Virus record (IMG/VR): IMGVR_UViG_3300015242_000025 | Coordinates: 3,476-67,475 of that record | Direction: 5' to 3' (one strand) | Source of the DNA: a virus | DNA length: 64,000 nt | Part shown: positions 1-8,157 of the stretch, piece after piece | How the letters are laid out: each line of letters begins with the position of its first letter | Position numbering within the stretch: position 1 is the stretch's first letter | Program-made: the position numbers and the translations under genes | Notes under the pieces: model-generated | Seen by the model: the letters and a program-made list of their open reading frames with translations, nothing else | Told to the model about the DNA's origin: nothing | Database searches by the model: none

Positions 1-147
1 AGTGGACAGCTTAGAAGACAGATCCCGTGTCAACTGCAATAGCGCTTCTGTGATGTGGAGAGCAATTGGCGTAGGAGATGAATAACGCTGCATCTGTTCG
101 TTAAGTGTCGTTGCCAGCAATTGATAGTCTTTACGAGTCATAGCCAT
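1..147 (-). CDS. small phage protein (MAMTRKDYQLLA...), runs off window edge
   Basis: Open frame from ATG 147 to the window edge; GAAAGGA RBS upstream; MTRKDY N-terminus common in small phage early proteins. Confidence 0.6.
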   Translation of the reverse strand, partial: MAMTRKDYQLLATTLNEQMQRYSSPTPIALHITEALLQLTRDLSSKLST

Positions 148-177
148 GGTAAGATTCCTTTCATCTGCTATCCCTCA

Positions 178-233
178 TAGATAGTCAACGCGATTACGGA
201 GCACAATCACTCCGTAATCACGCAAAGCATCTA
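178..233 (-). repeat. post-stop hairpin element, copy 1
   Basis: TAGATGCTTTGCG-TGATTACGGAG-loop-CTCCGTAATCG-CGTTGACTATCTA; begins at the TAG of ORF 231..383. Confidence 0.8.
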
Positions 234-383
234 TGCCGACACTAAATTGATTTCAACGACTTTAGCGTCGGGATATTCGGCAGACATGATCTGCTTTAGC
301 ATCACCATGTCTTGCGCATAGGTTGTGTGTTTGATCAACAGACTGTCATGTTTGTTTGTAATTACCTGTAGATACATTATCAT
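231..383 (-). CDS. hypothetical 50-aa protein (MIMYLQVITNKHDSLL...)
   Basis: ATG 383 with AAAGGA RBS, TAG 231; below the ORF-track cutoff. Confidence 0.65.
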   Translation of the reverse strand: MIMYLQVITNKHDSLLIKHTTYAQDMVMLKQIMSAEYPDAKVVEINLVSA

Positions 384-407
384 TTCCTTTCATCGTTTTA
401 AATTACG

Positions 408-479
408 TGCGGTATATCGGATTTGAACCGATACCATCAGTTTGGAAGACTGACGTGCTGCCATTAACACTAATACCGC
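408..479 (-). tRNA. tRNA-Gly (anticodon TCC)
   Basis: Acceptor GCGGTAT/ATACCGC, anticodon arm TCAGT-CTTCCAA-ACTGA, T-arm GTTCAAATC; no encoded CCA. Confidence 0.93.
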
Positions 480-483
480 TTGA

Positions 484-534
484 TAGACAATCAACACCAT
501 TAACCGACTAGCGGTTAATGATGCAAATCATCTA
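484..534 (-). repeat. post-stop hairpin element, copy 2
   Basis: TAGATGATTTGCA-TCATTAACCG-CTAGT-CGGTTAATGG-TGTTGATTGTCTA; begins at the ArdC TAG. Confidence 0.8.
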
Positions 535-1416
535 TGCCGTGACTAGTTCTTTATCGTCGCTAGCTACGGTGTCTTGCGCGCTTCGGTTGAGTATGTAATT
601 TGCTGCCCGTTGTGCGGCAGCGGCAGCGGTCACAACCGCTTTAGTGTCCTCTTGGATGGTGCGAATCCAGCCGGCAATATAGGCTGAATTCTGTTCGATC
701 GTTTCGGGAAGGATTCCGGACTCACCGTTAAGGAATGCTGCCGTCATTTCAGCAATCAATTCCTCACGACCATATTTGGCCGAACCAAAATGATCAAATT
801 CAACGACGCCGGGACGATTCAAACGGCTTTCATGACCGGTTGAATGGCCCAACTCATGAAATGCAGTGGAGTAATACCGATTGACATCGGGAAAACTCTT
901 CTTAGGCGGCAATGTCACAGTGTCAGTGTTCGACTTGTAATAAGCCGCACTGCCTGAGTGATTAACCGTTGGTCCGTCAGGATATCCGGCCAGAATGGAT
1001 TCGGCCGACTCAATCGGTGAGAATTCTGATTCTTTGACTTCAGTGACCCTTGCCGGAACGTCAACGTTTTCGGTTTGGTCAAGGTTGTAAACCTTGTAGT
1101 AGCGCAAGTAAGCAAACTTGCGACTTTCGCCGGTTTCTTTGTCAATTCCGTCTATCATTTTCCAAAAGGTAATGATAGTTCCGTGTTGATTTGGCTTAAG
1201 GTTCCCGCCATGTTTTTTCATGGCATTAAACGTCATCCAAATTTTGGACTTATATTCCTGTACTAGCAAAAGGAACACATTCAGTCCCGTGTAGCGGTGG
1301 CCGTCAATCGAGCGCGGCGCGTCGGCTGCATCCCACGGCTTGCGCCATGGCACGGTGCCCTCTTGCAACGATTTGACAACCTGATCGGTGATAATTTCAT
1401 ACACCTTGTCAGTCAT
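532..1416 (-). CDS. ardC: ArdC-like antirestriction protein (ssDNA-binding domain + zincin-like metallopeptidase domain)
   Basis: PWRKPW, YTGLN, Y.VYNLDQTE, FHELGHSTGH.SRLNR, Y.REELIAE, SAYI.GW motifs. Confidence 0.92.
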   Translation of the reverse strand: MTDKVYEIITDQVVKSLQEGTVPWRKPWDAADAPRSIDGHRYTGLNVFLLLVQEYKSKIWMTFNAMKKHGGNLKPNQHGTIITFWKMIDGIDKETGESRKFAYLRYYKVYNLDQTENVDVPARVTEVKESEFSPIESAESILAGYPDGPTVNHSGSAAYYKSNTDTVTLPPKKSFPDVNRYYSTAFHELGHSTGHESRLNRPGVVEFDHFGSAKYGREELIAEMTAAFLNGESGILPETIEQNSAYIAGWIRTIQEDTKAVVTAAAAAQRAANYILNRSAQDTVASDDKELVTA

Positions 1417-1454
1417 CTTAATTTCCTAACCTCTAATAGATAACTGATTGTCGG

Positions 1455-1505
1455 TAGACAACCAACACTGACAACCGGCGGCCGGTTATCAATGCAAGTT
1501 AGCTA
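1455..1505 (-). repeat. post-stop hairpin element, copy 3
   Basis: TAGCTAACTTGCA-TTGATAACCGG-CCG-CCGGTTGTCAG-TGTTGGTTGTCTA; begins at the TAG of ORF 1503..1775. Confidence 0.78.
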
Positions 1506-1775
1506 CTTCATGTACGCGAAACTACGCGGATTGTCAGCAATAAATCTCACGCAATACTCGATTGACTCGTAACTGTCAAGCCATGCAGCATAGACGCGCC
1601 TTGCCTTAAGTGCCGACAGGTTATACGTGACCCGAATTGTTGCCAGGAATAACCGTTGGCTGTTTGCGTAGACTGGGCTGTCAGATTGTGCGATTGTGTA
1701 GTCCCAATTTGTGGATATAGCAAAATGCACATCTGCAACTTGCTGGCATAGCTCTTGATTAGTTGGCATGGTCAT
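1503..1775 (-). CDS. hypothetical protein (MTMPTNQELC..., 90 aa)
   Basis: AAGGA RBS just before ATG 1775; the longer ORF call runs through the ribozyme and is unlikely. Confidence 0.7.
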   Translation of the reverse strand: MTMPTNQELCQQVADVHFAISTNWDYTIAQSDSPVYANSQRLFLATIRVTYNLSALKARRVYAAWLDSYESIEYCVRFIADNPRSFAYMK

Positions 1776-1787
1776 GGTGAATTCCTT

Positions 1788-1848
1788 AGGTCTCGTCAGC
1801 GCAGCCAAATAGCTACGGACACGGTTTTGATCAACCGTGTTTCGACCT
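1788..1848 (-). ncRNA. type II hammerhead ribozyme
   Basis: AGGUC-GAAA-CACGGUU(GAUCAA)AACCGUG-UC^-CGUAGC(UAUUUG)GCUGCG-CUGACGA-GACCU: all core nucleotides and three stems present, GUC cleavage triplet. Confidence 0.9.
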
Positions 1849-1861
1849 TTCATTGTGCACG

Positions 1862-2002
1862 CTGCGCGTCCGCGCATGCTATGCATTTGGCTCGGCGGTT
1901 CCTAGTCGCCCGTTAGCTACCGGCCAAATCTCGCGGTTCGCGTCCGCGAGAACGAATAGAGTAGGGTGACAGCTTGGTTCTCAGGGCAAGATGGACGCGC
2001 GC
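1862..2002 (-). ncRNA. GC-rich multi-stem structured RNA upstream of the hammerhead
   Basis: GCGCGTCC/GGACGCGC closing helix, CTCGCGG/CCGCGAG hairpin, ATTTGGC/GCCAAAT junction with two internal hairpins. Confidence 0.55.
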
Positions 2003-2085
2003 GATAATGATCGCCTGCTGGCCAAAATGCGGAGCGCTGGACCCCTATGCAATTTTCGATCTTGCTGTGCGGTGGAACTACACTT

Positions 2086-2113
2086 AGCCTATCAGTCGAT
2101 TCTCAAAAGTCAA
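2086..2113 (-). promoter_or_regulatory. putative sigma70/HrdB-type early promoter
   Basis: TTGACT-16 nt-TAGGCT on the minus strand. Confidence 0.5.
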
Positions 2114-2707
2114 TAGTCAAAATAGCTGAAACCGGACTTTGAAAGATTACGGTTAGGTAACGATAGTCAATGTCTGATTAATGTTCATCATACCCAAATC
2201 ATGGACCCCTCATGTCCGTTTATCAAGATCATCTTAGGCGCCTAGCGGTCGGTCCGGGTCGGCGTCGCTGGCCAGCGCGACCGGCTGTGTGCCCCGCTGC
2301 CAGTCTGGACCGCCCCGTGCGCGTTAGCGTACCCGCCGGCATGGGAGAGGCTTCTAAAACTTCGTTTCATCAGCTAACGATCCTTGTATGTACGTAATGT
2401 CCGATTCACTCGAGGTCGCCCGTCCCTGGCAAACTGGACATGACTTGTGCTGGCCCTGAGAGCAATGCTGAGAGCTTTGGGTATGACTTGGATGCAATCC
2501 CTTTGCCTATGTGATTTGATCGCTCTCCGTTGACTGACCACATATATAAGGGATTCCTACAGAGCAATTCAGACATCAATGTCATAACTTCATCTATCGG
2601 TCTATATGTGTTGATCTATTTTGGACAGACAACATCGTTTATCAAATTTCCTATACGATTTTTTGATAACGTTTTCCCAATTTTCATATTTTCTACATGA
2701 TTTTGAG

Positions 2708-3118
2708 TCACTCAATTGGAACAGTACTAAACTTAAATCGAGATGTGGGAATGTTTGCAGCCTCCGCAAAGTCAGCGCACTTAGTTGCACCACGTGAATT
2801 GTCAAGGATGAATGCAAGACATTTATCTGCGCCAAGTGAAACCATAAACTTATTGCGTATTTGTCCTGCAGCTTTACCTATCACTCGCCACTGTACCGAT
2901 GTAACTTTGTGCGGTTCATGTTCCCATGGTTCGCCTAATTCGTTTTTATGATAAAGTGCACATTGTTTTGCTGTTTGATCTCCTCCACTAGCATCACCAT
3001 GAACAATAGTAATAAGTTCATTCTTTTTAGCCAAACTTGCGACTAATTCAATTTCTCGCCACATAAAATTATTATCAGCAGCTGGCCATGTACGACTAGC
3101 TGTTATGAGAATTCTCAT
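2708..3118 (-). CDS. SLOG-family (YspA/DUF2493-like) protein
   Basis: MRILITASRTW, IVHGDASGGD, AAGQIRN.FM, SRGAT motifs; ATGA overlap with the upstream ORF. Confidence 0.8.
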   Translation of the reverse strand: MRILITASRTWPAADNNFMWREIELVASLAKKNELITIVHGDASGGDQTAKQCALYHKNELGEPWEHEPHKVTSVQWRVIGKAAGQIRNKFMVSLGADKCLAFILDNSRGATKCADFAEAANIPTSRFKFSTVPIE

Positions 3119-3300
3119 TTTAATGTCAATTCCCAACTTGGATCATCTACTTCCAAGGTTAATATAAAGTCTCCATCAATATGCTCAGCATTAAGTACTT
3201 TTCCAATTCCTTTGTTAGTATTAAAACTTTGTCCAATTAAATCTTGTAAAGCTCCATCTGTCCATTGTTTATCATTGTGATAATATAATTTAACTTTCAT
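3115..3300 (-). CDS. hypothetical protein
   Basis: Tightly packed ORF with ATGA overlaps. Confidence 0.6.
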   Translation of the reverse strand: MKVKLYYHNDKQWTDGALQDLIGQSFNTNKGIGKVLNAEHIDGDFILTLEVDDPSWELTLK

Positions 3301-3419
3301 TTTCTATGCCTCCCTGGACGTAAATAATTACCGACACGTTTACCTACATACTTTGCTAGAAATATTGCAGGAATTAGAATGATGATTAACACTAATGTTA
3401 ATACATCATAGATATGCAT
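3297..3419 (-). CDS. small membrane protein (40 aa, ends PGRHRK)
   Basis: MHIYDVLTLVLIIILIPAIFLAKY...; one TM segment; fills the gap with an ATGA overlap. Confidence 0.55.
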   Translation of the reverse strand: MHIYDVLTLVLIIILIPAIFLAKYVGKRVGNYLRPGRHRK

Positions 3420-3421
3420 TG

Positions 3422-3676
3422 TCACTCTACTTGATACCAGAAATGCGTTTTAGATTTTCCCTGACGTTTACCTATCTGAACTTTTCCAGATTTACGTAAA
3501 CGATTAAGCGATTGATACGTTAATGAATGCGATAAATTAAATACGTCAGCTATTTCAGGTAATGTCATTGGTTGGCTTAAAACATCATACACAGCTCTGT
3601 CACGCTCGATTGTTGCCTGTAAACGTGGTCTACCGTACGTGCATTCAATGTCACCACTAGTCATGATCATCCCCAT
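3422..3676 (-). CDS. winged-helix DNA-binding protein
   Basis: PMTLPEIADVFNLSHSLTYQSLNRLRKSGKV HTH pattern. Confidence 0.7.
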   Translation of the reverse strand: MGMIMTSGDIECTYGRPRLQATIERDRAVYDVLSQPMTLPEIADVFNLSHSLTYQSLNRLRKSGKVQIGKRQGKSKTHFWYQVE

Positions 3677-3677
3677 T

Positions 3678-4673
3678 TTAATATTGTCCCTTTACCTGAT
3701 CATAAATCCATTCATAGGTTGTTTCAATACCTGATCGTAACGAAGTTGTCGGTTCCCAACCAATTTTAGCTTTAATGAGAGAACTATCGCTATTACGTCC
3801 GCGAACACCCTGCGGTTTATCCAGTTGATAATATCGAGTTAATTTAACATTAGCAATTTCTTCAATTATATCTAGCAATCCATTGATAGAAATTAATTCT
3901 TCACTACCAACATTAAATGGATAAAAATAATTACTATTTGTAATTTTAATAGTACCATCTACACAATCATCTACATAAAGGAATGAACGTGTTTGCTCTC
4001 CATCTCCCCATATATCGATAGTGTGATCTTTAGTAATAACAGCTTGCGCTACTTTACGGCACAATGCAGCGGGAGCCTTTTCATGTCCATCATTCCAACT
4101 ACCATGCGGACCAAAAATATTATGATAACGTCCAATACGAGTTTGTAAATGACGCTCTATGTTATGACATTGCATAACATGTTCACCATAAAGTTTTTCC
4201 CAACCATACCCCGGTTCTGGGTCGGCAGGAATAGCAAAGTCTTCACGTAATGCACCGACATTAGGATTAATCTGTGCCCATTGTGGATAGACACATGCAG
4301 AAGATGAAAAGAAAATACGTTGATCAGTCTGACACATATTTAACAATGCAATGGTGTCAACAATATTTTCACTACACTTCACAAGATGATTAGTGATGTA
4401 ACCTATTCCACCCATGTTAGCGGCTAAATGATAAACATCATCAATAATACCAAGAGAAAACATACTTTCATTTAAATCACGTACAGAAATACTGTAATTA
4501 TTAGCACGATGATGAAGTTGCCACCAACGATTAATTGGTTTAATATCTACAGCAAAAACATTATGTCCATTGTTCAAAAGTTTTTTAACTAAGTGTCCGC
4601 CAATAAATCCCCCCGCTCCAGTGACGAGAATATTCCTACTTCGTAAATTAGCATCACTTTCTGTCCATGCCAT
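3678..4673 (-). CDS. NAD-dependent epimerase, GDP-mannose 3,5-epimerase-like
   Basis: TGAGGFIG, LAANMGGIG, SSACVYP, YGWEK, HNIFGP.GSW..G.EKAPAA.CRK, WGDGEQTRSF, GVRGRNSD; likely start MAWTE at 4673. Confidence 0.88.
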   Translation of the reverse strand: MAWTESDANLRSRNILVTGAGGFIGGHLVKKLLNNGHNVFAVDIKPINRWWQLHHRANNYSISVRDLNESMFSLGIIDDVYHLAANMGGIGYITNHLVKCSENIVDTIALLNMCQTDQRIFFSSSACVYPQWAQINPNVGALREDFAIPADPEPGYGWEKLYGEHVMQCHNIERHLQTRIGRYHNIFGPHGSWNDGHEKAPAALCRKVAQAVITKDHTIDIWGDGEQTRSFLYVDDCVDGTIKITNSNYFYPFNVGSEELISINGLLDIIEEIANVKLTRYYQLDKPQGVRGRNSDSSLIKAKIGWEPTTSLRSGIETTYEWIYDQVKGQY

Positions 4674-4674
4674 T

Positions 4675-5850
4675 CTATTCACCGATTCCAAATGGTATGT
4701 AGGTAATATGTTCATTATTAATAAGATATTTGTGTGAGCGCCAAAGATCCATAACAACAGCGCCTTCTTTAAAGTACTCAAAAGTTGTTTTTCTCATTGG
4801 CTGAGAGATAACAACAAAATCAGCATCAGTAGATGAATCAACAGCTGATAAGCCTAGTGATGTGAAAAATTCTGCTATCTTATTTCCAAATGATTCTATT
4901 TCGTAATCGCTTCCTTCTTTATATGTGGTACCCATAACCATAAATGTTCTGTCTAGTGTCGGCGCTACATTAGATGCACGAATCATTTTTCGTACAATCC
5001 ATATCACATGATCATTATTAATGAGATCACTGTTATCACCAAACAATGTACCGCCGGCCGCTGAAAATGCGTGAGTATCGCGAGGTAAACACGGTCCGCC
5101 AAATCCCGCACCGGCCGTCATACACCAAGGACCAATTCTTTTGTGAATCGATAATGCTGCAGAGATTTCTTCAATGTTTGCGCCTGGATATAAATCACAC
5201 ATTTGTGCAACAGTATTAGTGAATCCAATTTTCATTGTTGCAAATGCATTTGCTGAAAGTTTGGTTAACTCTGCACTTTCATAGGACATGAAATGTTGTT
5301 TTGCAGTTTGGCATAATGTTAACAATACGTTAGCAGTATCATTGATTGTAATTGAATTACTACCGCCAATAATGTGTAACTCTGGATTACGTAAATCATA
5401 TACTACCGTACCAAGAGCAATAATAATTGGTGTGTAGACTAATTTCCCCGGTGCGATTAGTGGAGAAAGTTTTCTACAACTACCTGGTGATAATGTACTC
5501 ATGACAGCAATAATAGGACCGCCTGTTTCAGGTAAATCTAAACTACGAATTGCCTGTGCTACATATGATGAATCAAATGAACCATCAGGTAATGATGGTG
5601 TAGGTGTGACAATGAAGATAATGTCTTCAGTTAAATTCATTCTAGATGGATGAACAAGTGTAATACTAGTAGTAGTTTTTAACATTGTATCAACTAATGG
5701 TTCATTAATGTGTGATTCTTTTTTACTAAAAGAATTTCTCACATCTTCATCATTATCCCACACTGCAACACTATTATTGGCGTGCTGCGAAAGGGTTAAC
5801 GCTAGTGGCAATCCGAGTTTTCCCAAACCCAGTACACCAATTCGTGTCAT
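4675..5850 (-). CDS. UDP-glucose/GDP-mannose dehydrogenase family protein
   Basis: GLGKLGLP Rossmann motif, TPTPS, SAELTKL..N, GFGGPCLPRD catalytic Cys motif. Confidence 0.9.
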   Translation of the reverse strand: MTRIGVLGLGKLGLPLALTLSQHANNSVAVWDNDEDVRNSFSKKESHINEPLVDTMLKTTTSITLVHPSRMNLTEDIIFIVTPTPSLPDGSFDSSYVAQAIRSLDLPETGGPIIAVMSTLSPGSCRKLSPLIAPGKLVYTPIIIALGTVVYDLRNPELHIIGGSNSITINDTANVLLTLCQTAKQHFMSYESAELTKLSANAFATMKIGFTNTVAQMCDLYPGANIEEISAALSIHKRIGPWCMTAGAGFGGPCLPRDTHAFSAAGGTLFGDNSDLINNDHVIWIVRKMIRASNVAPTLDRTFMVMGTTYKEGSDYEIESFGNKIAEFFTSLGLSAVDSSTDADFVVISQPMRKTTFEYFKEGAVVMDLWRSHKYLINNEHITYIPFGIGE

Positions 5851-5866
5851 TAATATCCTCCAATTA

Positions 5867-5910
5867 AAAATAATGGGACAGACATAGTTAAATGTCTATC
5901 CCATTATTTT
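5867..5910 (-). terminator. intrinsic terminator-like hairpin after SSB
   Basis: AAAATAATGGGA-CAGACAT...ATGTCT-A-TCCCATTATTTT inverted repeat with A/T tails. Confidence 0.65.
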
Positions 5911-5917
5911 ATCTTAT

Positions 5918-6697
5918 TTAAATTGGCTGCCCTTGTTGCGCAGATAAAATTGCTTGTTTGGCTGCATCAGGCATCATTGCCCATACTTCCGGCGGATATC
6001 CAGCCGGCGCCGCGCTCGCGGCCGGCGCGCCATTCTGGGCAGCCGGTGCATTCGACGCGCTGGCGACGTATTCCGCCGCTGCCTGAACAGCCGCTCCCGG
6101 CGTTGGCGCGGGCGCGGGCGCGGGTGCCGGCGCTGCATAAGGCGGGGTCGGCGGCGGCGGCGGAGATACAACAGAAGGATTATCCATATTGGCCGAAAGC
6201 GTTTGCGGCTGTACTGGATCAGGAACAAAATTACTTGGCGTAAAGTTTTGTGCAGATGGCGGACCCATTACAGACGGAGAACTCGCTAATGATCCGGTTA
6301 AAACAGCAATAGACTTAACTTGATTCTGTACACCACCATTCCACTGCCGATGTTCAAGGGTAACTTTTGCACGCTTACCCGTAAGTTGCACCGCAATTGC
6401 AGAATGATCGTTGTTACCCAACTGTGTAAAGAAAGCATCATCTAAACCAAATGCCTTCATATTACGGAAGAAAATATTCAATGCAGTTGGATTATCTGGC
6501 ACAATGACAAAATTGTTCGTAACATGCTTATTGGCATAAGGTCCCGTCAAACAACGAAACTTAACAACAATCATTGAATTTCCAGAAGATGCAACGGTTG
6601 CATCAGATTGCACAACTTCCATGTCATAATCGCCTTCAGGCCACGCGGCCCCGGCCTTCGCGTCCTGAAGTAATTTAGCAAAATCGAAAGTGCTAAT
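5918..6697 (-). CDS. single-stranded DNA-binding protein (DUF669-like) with Pro/Ala-rich C-terminus; probable ATT start
   Basis: Frame open upstream of the called ATG to (M)STFDFAKLLQDAKAGAAWPEGDY; SSGNSMI..KF, GPY, QNQVK motifs; follows the AAA ATPase. Confidence 0.75.
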   Translation of the reverse strand: MSTFDFAKLLQDAKAGAAWPEGDYDMEVVQSDATVASSGNSMIVVKFRCLTGPYANKHVTNNFVIVPDNPTALNIFFRNMKAFGLDDAFFTQLGNNDHSAIAVQLTGKRAKVTLEHRQWNGGVQNQVKSIAVLTGSLASSPSVMGPPSAQNFTPSNFVPDPVQPQTLSANMDNPSVVSPPPPPTPPYAAPAPAPAPAPTPGAAVQAAAEYVASASNAPAAQNGAPAASAAPAGYPPEVWAMMPDAAKQAILSAQQGQPI

Positions 6698-6698
6698 T

Positions 6699-7583
6699 TT
6701 AATTCACTCCTTGAATCGGTGGCATAGCCGGCTGTCCATTTGTCGGCTGTGGAATTAATGGAGCTTGTGGTGTTGGAGTTGAGAATATAATTTTCATCCA
6801 ATTCTCAATATCATGACCTGCACTGCCGTCTGCAGGAGTGTCAATAACTGAAATGCAATCTCCTAATCTTCCTCCAACACGTTGTCCTGCTTCAAATTTA
6901 TCATCAGGAACAATGCAAACTTTCCTCACCATTTGTGTTGCCTGACCATTAGAATCTAATTCATATCCAATATAAAGAAAACCGCAAATGTCTACCCAGT
7001 AAGGCAATGACGTACTAATTTGTCCCTGCATATAGGGTACAAGTTTATTCACTTGATTAAGTCTAGTTTCGGAAATGAAAACAACACAACGAACAGCTAT
7101 TTGGGGAATTAATGTAAGGTCACGAAATCCACGGATAGTAGCGTCCATTACTGATAATAGAACGCCCCAATCCTGAATTCGCATTGCGTCAGTACCTTTA
7201 AGATTTGCCTTACATCTGCGCTGAATTTCTGTAATACTATCAATAACTACAGACACAAACGGTAATGGCCATTGCAATAAATATTGATACACTAAATCAA
7301 CAGTACGCCATTCACGAACATGAACAATACAGGCATCCCACGTTCCATCATATACTGGGGGAGTTTCATTTAATGGATCCCAGTATTTTTTTCGTAGTGG
7401 CACAAATCTCCAACTACCTTCAGCATCTAATACCAATACAGGTTGAGGAGCGGTAGATGCTAACGTTGATTTACCGCGTTTACTGTCAGCATGAATCAGA
7501 ATTGATAAACGCTGATCGGTAGAAAACACTTGTGGAACTGCAACAGCAGTTCCGGTAGCTACTTGACCATTAGGTGTAGTCAT
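6699..7583 (-). CDS. AAA_24/Sak4-like ATPase (recombination)
   Basis: ADSKRGKST Walker A variant, VLDAEG, VVIDSITE, QDWG. Confidence 0.82.
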   Translation of the reverse strand: MTTPNGQVATGTAVAVPQVFSTDQRLSILIHADSKRGKSTLASTAPQPVLVLDAEGSWRFVPLRKKYWDPLNETPPVYDGTWDACIVHVREWRTVDLVYQYLLQWPLPFVSVVIDSITEIQRRCKANLKGTDAMRIQDWGVLLSVMDATIRGFRDLTLIPQIAVRCVVFISETRLNQVNKLVPYMQGQISTSLPYWVDICGFLYIGYELDSNGQATQMVRKVCIVPDDKFEAGQRVGGRLGDCISVIDTPADGSAGHDIENWMKIIFSTPTPQAPLIPQPTNGQPAMPPIQGVN

Positions 7584-7981
7584 GAAATCGACGCCTGTAC
7601 TATAGCACTGCTAATCACTGAAAGAGGATCTTTATAGTTTGGTCCTTTTAAAGCTTTACCATCATCACGCATAATTGGCTGTCCATTTGAACTTAATTTT
7701 GACATGTTGGAATCACAAACTGCCTTCCATATTTTATCAAACGGAAGTCCAAATTCAACCATTGTTCCTAATACTGTCACTATTACATCAGCAGATTCTT
7801 TTGCGGCTGCGACTAAATTAATATCTGGTTGATCTAATTCTTCAATCAATTCATTTAATTCTTCACGCATCAATTTTTTACGTAACTGTATACGATTATA
7901 CGGAATGTCATTTGGACGTGTAGATACTGGCATATCAAATGCTCTATGAAACTTAATGATATCTTCATAGTATGATGACAT
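7580..7981 (-). CDS. MazG-like/PRA-PH NTP pyrophosphohydrolase
   Basis: FH..F, REELNEL, KE.AD, V..SNMSK, RDDGK.LKGPNY. Confidence 0.85.
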   Translation of the reverse strand: MSSYYEDIIKFHRAFDMPVSTRPNDIPYNRIQLRKKLMREELNELIEELDQPDINLVAAAKESADVIVTVLGTMVEFGLPFDKIWKAVCDSNMSKLSSNGQPIMRDDGKALKGPNYKDPLSVISSAIVQASIS

Positions 7982-8157
7982 TAAGCACCCTCAACCCAAC
8001 TGTATCGTGGTTCTTTTCTATCTTCATGTTCAATATATTTAACCATTGCTAATTTACCATGTAACTTTAATGCTGCAATTAATTCCTTTTGAGTTCCTGC
8101 CATATGAAAGAGAACTACTCCGTTCTGAGCAACTCTCCTTTCTTTTTCCTGCGACAC

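Noticed and set aside
178-1505. Post-TAG hairpins as PYLIS/SECIS readthrough signals or integron attC sites
   Set aside because: The TAG is itself paired, ArdC readthrough meets another stop within 8 codons, no suppressor tRNA is seen, and there are no RYYYAAC/GTTRRRY ends or integrase
1776-1886. N-terminal extension of ORF 1503..1886
   Set aside because: Runs through the hammerhead; a good RBS precedes ATG 1775
2345-2385. Second CTGATGA (minus strand) as a hammerhead core
   Set aside because: No correctly placed GAAA or stems I/III found
4674-4781. Longer start for the epimerase
   Set aside because: Overlaps the dehydrogenase by >100 nt; MAWTE start directly follows its stop
5923-6289. 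Arg-rich ORFs on alternative frames
   Set aside because: Shadows of the GC-rich Pro/Ala tail of SSB
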